Of a DNA stretch of 64,000 nucleotides, positions 24,148-36,133 are shown piece after piece. Source of the stretch: Schmidtea polychroa. Taxonomy: Eukaryota. The position numbers and the translations under genes were made by a program. The stretch is taken from positions 101,804,001 through 101,868,000 of the forward strand of contig CM097885.1 in assembly GCA_044892525.1 (NCBI GenBank), written 5' to 3'. The first letter of the stretch is position 1. Each line of letters starts with the position of its first letter. The notes beneath the pieces are model-generated. The model ran no database searches and had not been told where the DNA came from. It saw only the letters and a program-made list of their open reading frames with translations.

Positions 24148-24853
24148 CAAATGTGTGTTTGATTATGTAATTATATATACTGTATAAAACACATATATTA
24201 TGTAAAACTGACATTTCGCCTGTCAAGATCGAGGATTTCAATAATAATTAAATTGATTTTTTTCACTAAATTAATTAGTTCTATTTTCTATATCTTTGTC
24301 CAGAGATCTCCAGTTTATTTTATATTACTATATTCGTATTTGTCTCATCATTTTCCACCAGCACATACCTGTTTCCACCGAAAAATATTAGTTTTAAAAT
24401 TTAAAATTATTTTGTTGCATTTTATATTTATTTCTGCGTTTTTGTGTTAAATTTTTTAGTTTTATTTGCATTGCTCTTAATTCTGTGTCTCTACGTTAAT
24501 TTTACAAATCCCAAGAAGTGAATCTACTACAGTGTTTGTCACTCATGAACAATATCAAGGTTTTGATGTCAGAACTCATAATAAAAAAAATCGTAAAAGC
24601 ATTTAAATGAATAATAAAGTTTATGATTATTATTTTTAATCGAATTCGAATTTATACATAAATAGCTTAATCTATAAACTAATGAGCCTTTTTTGTCTTT
24701 TATAGTTATCAATTAGAAATGTCAAAAGATCAAGTGATACAATTTTGGAATGGATCTATTCATACCAAGAAAATTAATGATTATATTAAATATTTCACAA
24801 GATGATCACTGATTTGTACTTACGCTTTTCTTCTTTTTATTATTTCACATAAA

Positions 24854-25298
24854 CAGGGCCTTAAAAAGGGTGATGCGAGCGGTGCAGTCGCACAGGGCGC
24901 ACATCTGAAAGGGGCGCAAAATAGGAATGTAACATTTTTTTAATGTTACCAAAAAATAACAAAATATAAATAAAAGAAATTATCAAATGGCCTGCACGTA
25001 AAAAAGACACACTAACTAGGCTGTCTTTAACATAGCTGATTGGACTGGTCCATTAGCGTGCCTTCGTAGGTGTGCATTTTGAAAAATGTTAGTCCACAAA
25101 ATGGACTTCTGTCATTTTTTCAATTAGCAACAGAATTTTAAGAGCATTACAACCTATTATAATAGCTGAAGATGAATACAGAGCTAACAATCTCAACATG
25201 AATATTATAATTATTATAGTAGGCTGATTTGAATTCGCCAGAAGGGGCGCCAGATATATGAACCGCACATGGTGCAATAATGCCCTGTAACGGCCTTA
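24854..25298. mobile_element. Degenerate hAT-family MITE
   Basis: Starts CAGGGCC and ends GGCCTTA; GGGCGC subterminal motifs; 8-bp TSD CACATA(A/G)A matches 7/8. Confidence 0.7.
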
Positions 25299-25542
25299 CA
25301 CATAGACAGTTCAAGGAAAATTTCAATAAAATGAAATCATACCTAGATTTTAATTTTGAAATTTTAACCAATAAAATTACAGAGAATTTATCAAAAAATA
25401 TTTCTCATTTTTTTGCATTTATCACATTTATCAATTAAAATCAAATTTTATATTTCAATATATAAAATATTAAGGTACTCAAATAAAATTTATATAATTC
25501 ACCAGAAATCTATGAGTAAATAAAATATATATTCCAATTTTA

Positions 25543-26673
25543 CTAATACTTGGAAATTCGCTTATTTGAAACGGCTTGATAATTGTCTATGGATATCTTT
25601 TTACGGAAAATCGTACATTTACATATATATCGAAATGTCGAATTAGAGACTAAATATATGACCAAATTCAAAGTCGAATCGAAAGAAATGAGCATATTAG
25701 CACAAATACTAAAATGTTCATTGTGGATATTGAAAACAATCCATAATAATTTCGAAAAGAATCCCGGAATTTCTAGAATAGCAAAACAAAGTGATAAAAG
25801 TAAAACCAAACTGCAGGAATTCTGTCGAAGATTCGATCTTGAACATCGTCTTTTTGAATTGTTAAGATTTGTGCCGAGCATTTTTTCACGGGGTCCATTA
25901 TTGTTAGTCAAAGAATGACCAAAGCTTTTTTGGCGTATCAATGACTGTAGATGGATCTTTCTGATCACCATAGAGCTGAAAATAACGACCAATGTTACTG
26001 GACCGAAATTTTGAAATAAAAATAAAATGACCCCGATGTAGCAATATTTAAACCAAGGATTAAATGCGTAATTCGGCAGATAACTACATATCGCGCCTGT
26101 GTGAATACAAATTTCCGGCAACTCTTCCAAAATCCTTGGAGTTGACACTGTACAACAGACGATTAAAATAATCATGTCAACTAAAGTTATGTTTTTTAGT
26201 GTGAATAAATTAGTCGTTAACTGTCTTCCGGTTTCACAAGTCGCTCTACAGACCATTTGATATCGATAGAAGGACAGAAATACTAGAGACCAATTTCGAG
26301 CCATCTGAAATGTCACAACAAACACATCGACTGTCAATAGAATCAATTCTACAAATCCAACAAAACGCATCCCATATTTATGGGAAGGAATGAGAAAATC
26401 ATAGTTCTGAGATAATATTTGCAAAAACATAAAGAAATTAAAAATGGCTTCGAATAAAGAAATGCTTCTCAACAGTCGAGACATTGTTACTTTGTTCCAT
26501 AAAGCGTGGCTTAGAATGTAGAGAGAAAAAAGATGACTGAATACATTAATCATACTCAGAGTATAAGAAACCCAAATATACATTTTCATAAACGATGAAG
26601 TGTTAAAACCTTTGTTGCAAGATAAACAATTGTTTGTAAAATAAACAATTCCTAAGATATTATCGTCCACCAT
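25543..26673 (-). CDS. Single-exon rhodopsin-class (class A) GPCR, neuropeptide/FMRFamide-receptor-like orphan, 376 aa
   Basis: Seven hydrophobic segments; RNWSLVFLSFYRYQMVC (DRY variant), STPRILE after TM4, C..LL.LSLCFAILEIP in TM6, DSTLNLVIY...FR (NPxxY variant plus helix 8). The ORF is uninterrupted. Confidence 0.92.
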   Translation of the reverse strand: MVDDNILGIVYFTNNCLSCNKGFNTSSFMKMYIWVSYTLSMINVFSHLFSLYILSHALWNKVTMSRLLRSISLFEAIFNFFMFLQILSQNYDFLIPSHKYGMRFVGFVELILLTVDVFVVTFQMARNWSLVFLSFYRYQMVCRATCETGRQLTTNLFTLKNITLVDMIILIVCCTVSTPRILEELPEICIHTGAICSYLPNYAFNPWFKYCYIGVILFLFQNFGPVTLVVIFSSMVIRKIHLQSLIRQKSFGHSLTNNNGPREKMLGTNLNNSKRRCSRSNLRQNSCSLVLLLSLCFAILEIPGFFSKLLWIVFNIHNEHFSICANMLISFDSTLNLVIYLVSNSTFRYICKCTIFRKKISIDNYQAVSNKRISKY

Positions 26674-27869
26674 TGAAAAATAAAAACAATAATTTCCTCT
26701 TTTTAAGAAAGTCAGCTATCCCATTTGATTGGCTAATTTCAATTATTTAAAACAAATATCACTTCTTTCCATATTGCAATATATATATTTGGAATAAATT
26801 TTATTTGTCGGTTGACAAACGATTTAAGATGAGTAATTAATTATTTATAATTATTTAATTATAATTTTATACTTTAATAAATTATTTGAAGTTCGAATTT
26901 AATTAATTAAATGATTTTTTATTGGTCATCCATAAGATTTTTTAGTTTTTTTTAACGTTTGATCGGTTTTTGTTCTTTCAACATTTCACCTATTTTCATT
27001 ACGTCTATAGATCAAATCTTTTTCAATATGTAACACTGCCTTTTTCAAGTATTATTTTAACACTTGATAAAGACAGTAGTGAAAATTTCTGTTACACAAA
27101 CAAAAAAGAAATTTCATCTATAGTCATAATGAAAATAAATTATAGTTTTTTGTTATCAAAAGAGACCTTTGAAATCTTCTATTATTACATCATCCATTTT
27201 TTACAATGGATATTAATTTTATCTGTTATACTCATCATTTACAGTGTCTAACATAGGTGTAGGTATCTGTTATGTGTTATTTGATGGTTTTATCTTATTT
27301 ATTTACCCTATTTATAGTTATGTTTTATAAATGTATATACTATATTATGTTGATTATTATTTTCAGTTGCCACTTTATGTTAGGAAGATTTGTAGAGCCC
27401 GATAGAGTCACCTATAAAATTATTTGGCGGGTCAATCGGGGTGATTGTATGTAGTGCGTGTAATAATACAGACTATAATAAAATAAAATTTACAAATTTA
27501 TTAATAGAGAAAATGATACTTGAATTAGATAAAATCTTTTTGTTAATAGTTTTCGATTATTTTCCCCTTTGCTATGTCTTTGGCCGAACTGGGTCTATAT
27601 ATTTTCTTCGAACTTCTGTGTTTTTCCGGTGATTTGAATTAAGCGAAAATTTCTTCCGGAACTTGATCATATACGAAAGGATTAGTTCCTTTCTTTAATA
27701 ACTTTTGATAATTTACAACTTTCTTGTTTCCAGATAATCAGGTTTTCGTATTTCATTTATTCCACACGACAGCTTAGTTATCGCTATATAGTTTTTTAAA
27801 ATATCCTTCGTCCACCGCTACTGGGACGACAATGACCCAAAAGAAAACAAGGCCAAATTGAAATATCGT

Positions 27870-28150
27870 TTAAAATTACAATGACAGTTAACATACAACA
27901 ATCTGTTACAGTATCCTTTGTTAATTTTTGAATAAGGAATCATTTCCATCAAATTCATTTGCCATAAATCATTGGTTCCAAATGTTTTGCATGGCCTTGT
28001 TGAGAATCGCTTCAACATTGGTCTATTTAAACTAAAGGCTAATTGATCAGATAACTATTTCTGAGTTTTTTTCTTTGAATTATTTACTCGTTTTGCTAAT
28101 TTTTCTACACCACCAAAACCAATTGGATCTTTTGGGTTTTTTCATATTGA
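27870..28150 (-). pseudogene. int: Polinton retroviral-like integrase, N-terminal relic
   Basis: NPKDPIGFGGVEKLAKR...LSDQLAFSLNRPMLKRFSTRPCKTFGTNDLWQMNLMEM..YSKINKGY matches the Polinton integrase N-terminus (DLWQxDL). Confidence 0.85.
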
Positions 28151-28281
28151 TTAGAGCTTTTTCTCCTTTGTTTTCAGTTTTTTCTCGTTAGTTTTGGAAA
28201 ATATTTCCTTCATTATTACAGCACGTCGTTAAAATATTTAAATCTATAATATAGTTTTTGGTAATGAACTCTTGGTGCCCA

Positions 28282-28570
28282 CTAAGATCTTAACAATGAA
28301 ATTGCCCTAATTGCTGATAAGACTATTGGAATTAATGCACCCAAGAACCCACCTTTGTTTATATATTATCATTCTCATCAGACGCCTATTCTTAGTATCG
28401 ACCAACAATAAAAGGGATCTCTTATATCTTTGCAATACTAATCTTTTAGTTTTAGTAATATTAACATTACCACAAACAACATTTACAATAACTTCAAGTA
28501 AATCATCAATAAAAAAACTGGAAAAGCTTGTAAAATCGACATTCGTTTTGTATTTGAAGCCTTTATCCAA
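28282..28570 (-). pseudogene. Small Polinton protein ending in an adenovirus protein X-like GGFL + amphipathic helix
   Basis: LLEVIVNVVCGNVNIT...LQRYK..L, then after a frameshift KGGFLGALIPIVLSAIRAISLL (compare adenovirus pX RGGILPLLIPLIAAAI). Confidence 0.7.
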
Positions 28571-28789
28571 GCATTAAAATATGATAAATTCCGTTCAAAT
28601 TTCATTATTACTTTATTTCACGTGATGGATTGTTTATAATTTAATCCATTTTGTTTCTTACCCTTCTTAGTATTCTTACTTTTCATACTAAGTTTTATTT
28701 TCTTATTAACTTTTTAGGAAACATTTGGAACTATAGAGTTTTTAACAATAACTTTTTTAAATGTCATGGTTAGTTTTAATTAGTTGTTT

Positions 28790-29273
28790 TCAATTTTGTT
28801 TATAAATCGTGATACCATTTACATTAAAAATATCTCTTCTAATAAGCAAATTATCAGGAAATTGTATCATATATTGAACATTTAAATGACGCGTTCTTTG
28901 ACTTCCACCTTGATGAAAAGGGTTTTGTATTATGAAAATAACTGTAACCCCACAATGTCTACTGATTTTTGTAAATAGATTATTAAAACCTTTTTCTTTA
29001 TTTGATTCCTGATACAAATCATCGATAATAATAACATCACCTTGATGTAATCTAGATGACCAATTTTTATCAAATCTTTTAATTATAGTCATTTTTTAAT
29101 TTACATAAACTGTTTTGAGTTAGACCATGCTCTTCATTTGAAACTCTCTGTCAATAAATTTTTTTGAATTTTGATTTAAACATGTTTGATTGTAATAAAT
29201 TACATGCGAATAAAGTTTTTCCACTACCACTAGGTCTTACAATTTGATATACTGTATCATTTCTTAATTCCAT
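28790..29273 (-). pseudogene. Polinton A32/FtsK-like packaging ATPase, disrupted
   Basis: MELRNDTVYQIVRPSGSGKTF (Walker A, G>R), IIIDDL (Walker B), and LFTKISRH...VIFIIQN.F..G...RT..LN.QY. Confidence 0.9.
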
Positions 29274-29492
29274 TTTAATTAAACTGTTTTGTTTTATTTG
29301 TTTATAATTAGAATAATATCAAAAATGATAAGAAACATCAATTATAGAGGAAGATGATTAGTAGATGGAATGAACAGATATTGTGTTACAAATATCCAGA
29401 ATAATCTGGAATATAAGATTACTTTTATGTATTTATTTGAAATAATAATTGTAATAAACAATAATTATAATAAAAAAAATTATAATAATAAT

Positions 29493-29532
<40 letters not shown>

Positions 29533-30411
29533 TAAATTCACCAACTAAGTCTATTAAAATATAACATTTCTATATATTTTGACCGTTTAACAGTCCTCTT
29601 CTGGCTAAGAAACGTATAAATAACAACTAAATGAAAATAATAATATTCAAACCAATTAACAACTAATAATCGTAATCCAATTGTATCAAACTAAAAGATA
29701 TTTCAATAAACATTTTTTAATCAAATAAAAATTAATTTAATTTTAAAAAACGCACAAAATTGTTAACATTCTCATACAAAAAAATTTTTTATTTTTATTT
29801 TAAAAATTGTTTTTATACAAAACATTTAACAAACGACATCATCCCATATATAAAATATACAAGTTATTTAAATACATTCAAAATCCATGTAGACTGGGCA
29901 CTTAGAATATTAGTTATAGGATTTAAAGATCAAATTAACAACGACTCGCACGTTACTCGTTCCCAGTAATTACTCAAACTCTTCGACAATCAGCAATACT
30001 TATTTTTTTACTGGTACACTTCCTAAAATTGTCACTAATGTGGGTCAATCCGTTCCGTCGACAATGCTCAAGAACTCGAATGAAGAGATGACTGACCGTG
30101 GGCCTGTGACCTACTCATTTATTATTAAAACTGTATATAGAATGTCAATAACCTTCTTATTTTTGTCCTAACGGAGACTTGACCTACTTATTTAATAATG
30201 AAACTATATATAATGTGTATGTGTTTGACCTACTTATTTTATATACTGTCCTAATGGGGTATTATTTTTAGGTAAACTTGACCTCCATAAAATTTGAGTT
30301 ATTTTGAAATGATTGAGTTCACCTACATCAAAATATTAAATTAAATATTAGGGGAGGTTTGTCCGAGTGCTAAGCAATTCATCTACTTTTTCCATATATA
30401 ATGATTATGAG

Positions 30412-30413
<2 letters not shown>

Positions 30414-30500
<87 letters not shown>
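30414..30500. repeat. (AT)n microsatellite
   Basis: Direct inspection. Confidence 0.97.
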
Positions 30501-30504
<4 letters not shown>

Positions 30505-31356
30505 CAGGTTATAATAAATGTTTATCTACAAACACTTTAGCTAATTGATATTTAATTATTGAACATAATATAATTAAATTCTAATGTTGAATTATTTTGA
30601 CGGCTTTTAAAGGCAGATAAATAACATATATTTGATATATTTTAATTTTAAAAATGAAATATAAATTTGTGAAACAATTATATCAATAATAGAAATTAGT
30701 TATTTTTCCCAGGAGAATAGAAAAATAATAAAACTAAATTGATACATTTAATTTTTATTACAATTGATTAATAATGACTATATCAATAAAAAAACAAATT
30801 GAAAGAGAAACTTATAATTTAAAACAAATTGTTATAATTTTTTTAGTAATTTTAAATGACGATTTACTAAAACAAAAAAAATCAAAAATATAAAAATTAA
30901 ATATTCAAATAAAATTAAATTGATTAATTAGCTATTCGTAAAATATGTACAAATTTATTAAAATGCATTTTAATTATTAAATGACAATTAGTCATTATTT
31001 ATTAAGTATTTAATCCGCGTTCTGATGAATATTAACATTTTGATTGATATTAAAAGAATTTATTAAATTAAATAATTAATATTAAAAGTATTGTTTAAGT
31101 AATTTCTAAAAATTGTAATATAAATTATAAATGGTTTTTAAATCATATTTTAACATTTTGGATAATGAAATTAATGAAATGTAAATTAGGAATATAATTT
31201 TTAATGGATCACATTTATTTTATATTGAATATTTATTTTGAAATCGGAGTCAAGCATTAATCAACTTTTCAGAAGTCAAAATAAATATTTTGTTAAATAA
31301 TACTAGATATCTCTGGGGAAATAATTTTGAAAATGTTTCTCTTAGATATTCTTTAA

Positions 31357-31584
31357 CACTAGATTTACGGGTAAAATAGCCGCAAAAATAGGTATACCTA
31401 ATTTGATAAACGAAATGAGGGAGCGGGTAGAAACGAGTAATTAATATTTACCTATATTTCATGACATATCTAAAAACCAACATATGTATTCAAAAAATAA
31501 TAAATCAGTATTATATGTAGCAATAGAATTTAAAAGATATGAAATTTGAAACCCGTCAAATTGACGGGTTTCGTAAATCTAGTG
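31357..31584. mobile_element. TTAA-flanked (piggyBac-like) MITE, 228 bp
   Basis: 13-bp TIR CACTAGATTTACG; TTAA at 31353-31356 and 31585-31588; internal palindrome GAAACCCGTCAA-A-TTGACGGGTTTC (31548-31572). Confidence 0.88.
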
Positions 31585-32199
31585 TTAAAAGGGAAATCAC
31601 CGTCAAATCTGCTATTTTTCTTCAAATTCTTCAAAATTCTAAAAAAGCCAAGTCAGACTCTGAAAAGAATATGAGAGATGATTTATGTCAAATCGCAAAA
31701 TGTTTTTGTCAAAAACTAAGTGCTTTTCTAGAACTTAATAATAATAGTAGTTTGGAATAATAATAATTGTTCATGTTGATTATAACTTCTATGGGAATTT
31801 TAATACGTTTGAAAGATTTGCTAGAATATTTTATGAAATGCATATCTTTATAAGTTGTGTTGAAATTCGTTAAAATCTTAGATTTGTGTTCACTAGATTG
31901 AACTTGTCCATTGAAATTCGAACCAAGCAAATTATGTCACCAACTGATTCCCACTCTCTTTCTCAGTGAATTTTAATTGATATTATTTCTGTTCAATGAC
32001 TCATTACTTGAATCATTAAAAGAACCTTTCATATTACACTTCATCGATTTTATTTTCTCTGCATTCACTAAAGTTTCTGCTATATTCGTTGGTATCAAAT
32101 TTGATTCATCTTTTTTTTCAAAAAAATTAATTTTAAAATTCCAATAAAGAAAATTCCATAATTCAAATTATTATTATTACCAATTAAAGAAAATACAAA

Positions 32200-32400
32200 T
32201 TCGAAAATCACAAATACATCATTTTCAATTGTAAAATCTTCTATATATGTTGATTGCATAGGCCTAGCTCTCTTCACTTCCTCTAAATACTTTTCTTTAC
32301 TCTTTATTATCGTGCTAATTGTTGAATGAGACAGTTTGAAATTTTTAGCAAGTTCATGTTATTAGTGATTTTGTGTTACTTATACTCGCATTTAGTTGCA
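32200..32400 (-). pseudogene. pogo/Tigger transposase N-terminal HTH relic
   Basis: LAKNFKLSHSTISTIIKSKEKYLEEVKRARPMQST resembles the CENP-B/psq-type HTH of Tigger transposases. Confidence 0.6.
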
Positions 32401-32793
32401 TGAAAGAATAGATAGGCGAAATTCAAGACCTACGACGAATTAGCCATTTATAACATTTGATCAATGGGAAATAAAACCTCTCTTTACGACTGATCACATT
32501 ACGACATCTTATCAGCAACCAATTAGGTCGTAATTGCGAGGTTTACTGTACTAGAATTTTTAGTATAAACTTGTTAACGGCACGCAGTGATACATCACAC
32601 TTAAAGAATATCTTTGTTTTCTTATTAATTCTGCGTCCTAAGCTAAGTTCTTTGTAGTGTTCCCTTTTTGCTCTTTCAAACATAAAAACAAAAAAACGCT
32701 GTTAAAGTATATTAAAGAAAAACTACTAAGCAGATTGGCGACCCCTCAATAAAACAAAGCGGAAGTGACGATATACAAAAAAATATAGAATAG

Positions 32794-35090
32794 GTGCATA
32801 TAATAAATGTAGATCAACTAATGGATGATATTCAAGAACAAATAAAACAAAAAGAATGTGGCGAAAATAGCGAAAATGAAAATGATGAAATCAAAATAAA
32901 TGATTTACATGCTCAATGCTTAAATGTAGTAAAAAATATTGATATTTCTTCTTGGCCCCATCATTTACCAAGTAAATCTCAAGATTACATTCTTAAAAAC
33001 AAGCCAACTCTTAATATTTCACTTATTTATATGCCTAAAAAGGTGGTAAAAGAGGGAGTTAAAGATGTATCAAGATCGCTGAAATAGAATAGATTTTTTC
33101 GAACCAAAGTAAATAGCGAAAAAATTTCTAGAGAGTTACTAGTTTATAGTGCTATCAGTAAAGCGATTTATTGTTATGTTTACAAAATATTTTCGGGGAA
33201 ATATAACAGAAGGATACAGTGACTGAAAGAATGCATCTGTAAGAGTGCAGGAACATGAAAATTTGATACATCAAAGAAATTCGATCAAAATATTACTAAC
33301 AAGAAAAGCTGTTGAAGAGTATATTGAAACCTATGTTGCTAAAGCTCATTTAGAAGAAAAATATTATTGGTGAAAAGTTCTGCAACATGTAGTCGCAACA
33401 ATTAAATTTTTGGCCAAACATTCACTAGCTTTTCGAGGCAATAATGAAACATTTTCTGGATCTTCTTAAAGTGGAAATTATATTGGAGGTTCGGTATATC
33501 TGGCTGAATTTGATGAATTTATTTTTTTATCTAACATAAAAAAATATAATTAACCCAGATGTTGCCAAAACTTTCTTATTCAAAAAAAAACATAAAATTA
33601 GAAAAATGTTATTTAAAGTAGCTAAATAAAGTTATTATACAAAATCAAGAATAAACAAAGAAGTTAACTGGTCAAGACTTGTAATTGTGATGTGCTAAAC
33701 ACATTCTTATTATAGATATCTCTAAATAACTAGCGTATGCAAAATAAAAAAATATATAAGGAGCGTTCTTTTAAAAGGACGGTGGCAACATTTGGGTTAA
33801 GTTGGAAAAAGGAATTTTAGTTATCTTTCGTTAACCATTTGTGACAAATTTATTGAGGTTATGAATACAAAAATGATAAGTACATCTCAATCAAGAATAA
33901 AGGACTCTAAATATTTTTCTATTATCATCGACTCAACCCCGGATATAACTCACACAGATCAACTTACTTTTGTGCTGCGCTATTTAACAGAAAGGGGAAT
34001 TCCTGTGGAACGATTTTTTGGATTTTTGCCTATACATTCTCATAGAGGAGAAGCTTTAATATAAGAAATGTTAAAATACATTGAAAAATTAAATTTTGAT
34101 ATTACCGACTGACGAGGGCAAAGTTATGATAATGCAACAAACATGTCCGGGAAATATATTGGAGTCCAAACCAGAATTAAGAAACACAGCGAAACTGCCC
34201 ATTTTGTTCCATGTGCTGCAGATACGTTAAATCTGGTAGTTAATGGTACTGCTGAATCATGTCTGCAAGCAATAATATATGTTAACTTACTAGAAAGCTT
34301 TTATACATTTTTGTCGGCGTCAACGCATTGATAGTATATTTTGAAAAAGCGTTTAGAATAATAAACGTTTTACAGTTAAAAGATTATGTACAACAAAATG
34401 GTTCTGCAGAGCTGATGCAGTAGAAACAGCTCGTACTGGATATAACCATATTAAAACTTCGTTGCTTGAAATTGCTCAAGATTTAACACAGAAATGTTCA
34501 GTTAAACATGAAGCTCAGGAATTAGCGAATCAAATATATACATTGGAATTTGTTTAATGACGGAAGGATCCTAGTATTTCCCTAGTATCTTAAATAAAAT
34601 CCTATTCAAACTTAGAGAAAAGACAAAGGAAAAGAAAAAATCCGTATGATTAAGATTGTAATGAAGACGATATACATTTAATTGAACAGAAAGTAATTGC
34701 TTTTTTTGTGATTTATGATAATATTGTCTAAGAACTAAAAGCTAGTAGCTAAAGTTACAACGTAATTAACAAAATTTTTAAAATTTTCCATTCTAATGAA
34801 GACCTCGATGGCATTTCCTTATTTCCGAACACAAAGAGGAATAAAAAAAATTTTGTAAAAACGTTATTAATATTAACGAATTAGATGAAGAATTATTACA
34901 ATTTTTAATACTGAGAATTTAAATTCCCCTATAAATATGCTCCTGTTTACAAAAGAATTACTTGTAAAGAATTATCTTAGAAATTCTATAAGTAAGTCGA
35001 AATTAAGTCGTTTAGCTGAATTGTGAGGATATAATTGATAAATTTGCAGGCATGAGAGACAGGAAAAGGGACTTTTAATTTTTTTAAGAA
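32794..35090 (+). pseudogene. hAT transposase (ZMYM/DUF4371-type), heavily disrupted
   Basis: YFSIIIDSTPDITHTDQLTFVLRY...ERFFGF, RGQSYDNATNMSGKYIGVQTRI...FVPCAA..LNLV and KRLCTTKW.CRADAV, with many stops and frameshifts. Confidence 0.88.
33554..33796. mobile_element. piggyBac-like MITE (243 bp) inserted in the hAT transposase
   Basis: TIR CCCA(G/A)ATGTTGCCA matches 13/14; TTAA at 33550-33553 and 33797-33800. Confidence 0.85.
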
Positions 35091-35614
35091 ATACTCGTTT
35101 ATTTTTACCGTTAAATACTAATTAATACTATATTTATAATATGTATATTTTAATTTTATTTGCTAATATGTACGATATACTTGTAACGAAAATATTAAGA
35201 TTTATTGTTTTTTCTATTAAAAACTATTTTTTATTATGCTTTTTAATTTTTATGCATTTTTACGCAATTAAGTTTTATTTTCCTAATTAAGAAAGTTTAA
35301 TTCTAATTATCCTCAGCCCTATGGTGCCCGGAGATAAAAAATGTCAAGAACCCCACAAAANNNNNNNNNNNNNNNNNNNNNNNNNNNNNNNNNNNNNNNN
35401 NNNNNNNNNNNNNNNNNNNNNNNNNNNNNNNNNNNNNNNNNNNNNNNNNNNNNNNNNNNNNNNNNNNNNNNNNNNNNNNNNNNNNNNNNNNNNNNNNNNN
35501 NNNNNNNNNNNNNNNNNNNNNNNNNNNNNNNNNNNNNNNNNNNNNNNNNNNNNNNNNNNNNNNNNNNNNNNNNNNNNNACATGGCAATGATTTAATTATA
35601 AGATAACGCCAATC

Positions 35615-36133
35615 AAACATTCTTTTCACGATATATTTCGACAGTTTTCCTGTCATCAGCAGGTGGGATATAATAACTATGTAAAATAAGGATTTTAAAC
35701 AAATTTATTAATTATATATAAAATATTTTTTTATTTAATAAAAACATTGAATTATTTTTAAAAATTTATAATTAAATTAATATATTATTTTTTTAAATTT
35801 TAGCATTCAAAATTTAATTTAATAATTTAAAAATTTTATTAATTATTTTATTTAATACAACAATTACTACATACAATATAAAAAAACTTATTTAAAAACA
35901 CTCAAAACACAATTCTGTACATTAATTTTCGGATTAATTATTAAATTAAATTTTAAAAAAATAATATATTAATTTAATTATAATTTTTTTAAATAATTAA
36001 ATGTTTTTATTAAATAAAAATTTTTTTTATATATAATTAATAAATTTGTTTAAAATCCTTAATTTACATAGTTATTATATTCCACCTGATGATGACAGGA
36101 AAACTGTCGAAATATATCGTGAAAAGAATGTTT
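35615..36133. repeat. Long inverted repeat (foldback): arms ~35615-35800 and ~35948-36133, bracketed by N gaps
   Basis: aaacattcttttcacgatatatttcgacagttttcctgtcatca... is the reverse complement of ...tgatgacaggaaaactgtcgaaatatatcgtgaaaagaatgttt, with a few mismatches. Confidence 0.9.

Larger units (their letters stand above)
27870..30387 (-). mobile_element. Polinton relic (copy 3): left arm with terminus, packaging ATPase, pX-like gene and integrase N-terminus
   Basis: Candidate terminus ...GGGGAGG...TTCATCTACT at 30380-30387 resembles the copy 1 end; the genes are listed as separate features below. Confidence 0.8.

Noticed and set aside
29360-29369. AGTAGATGGA identical to the first 10 bp of the copy 1 terminus
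   Set aside because: Its orientation does not fit the end of copy 3 and the similarity stops at 10 bp. It is at most an internal inverted copy like 8554.
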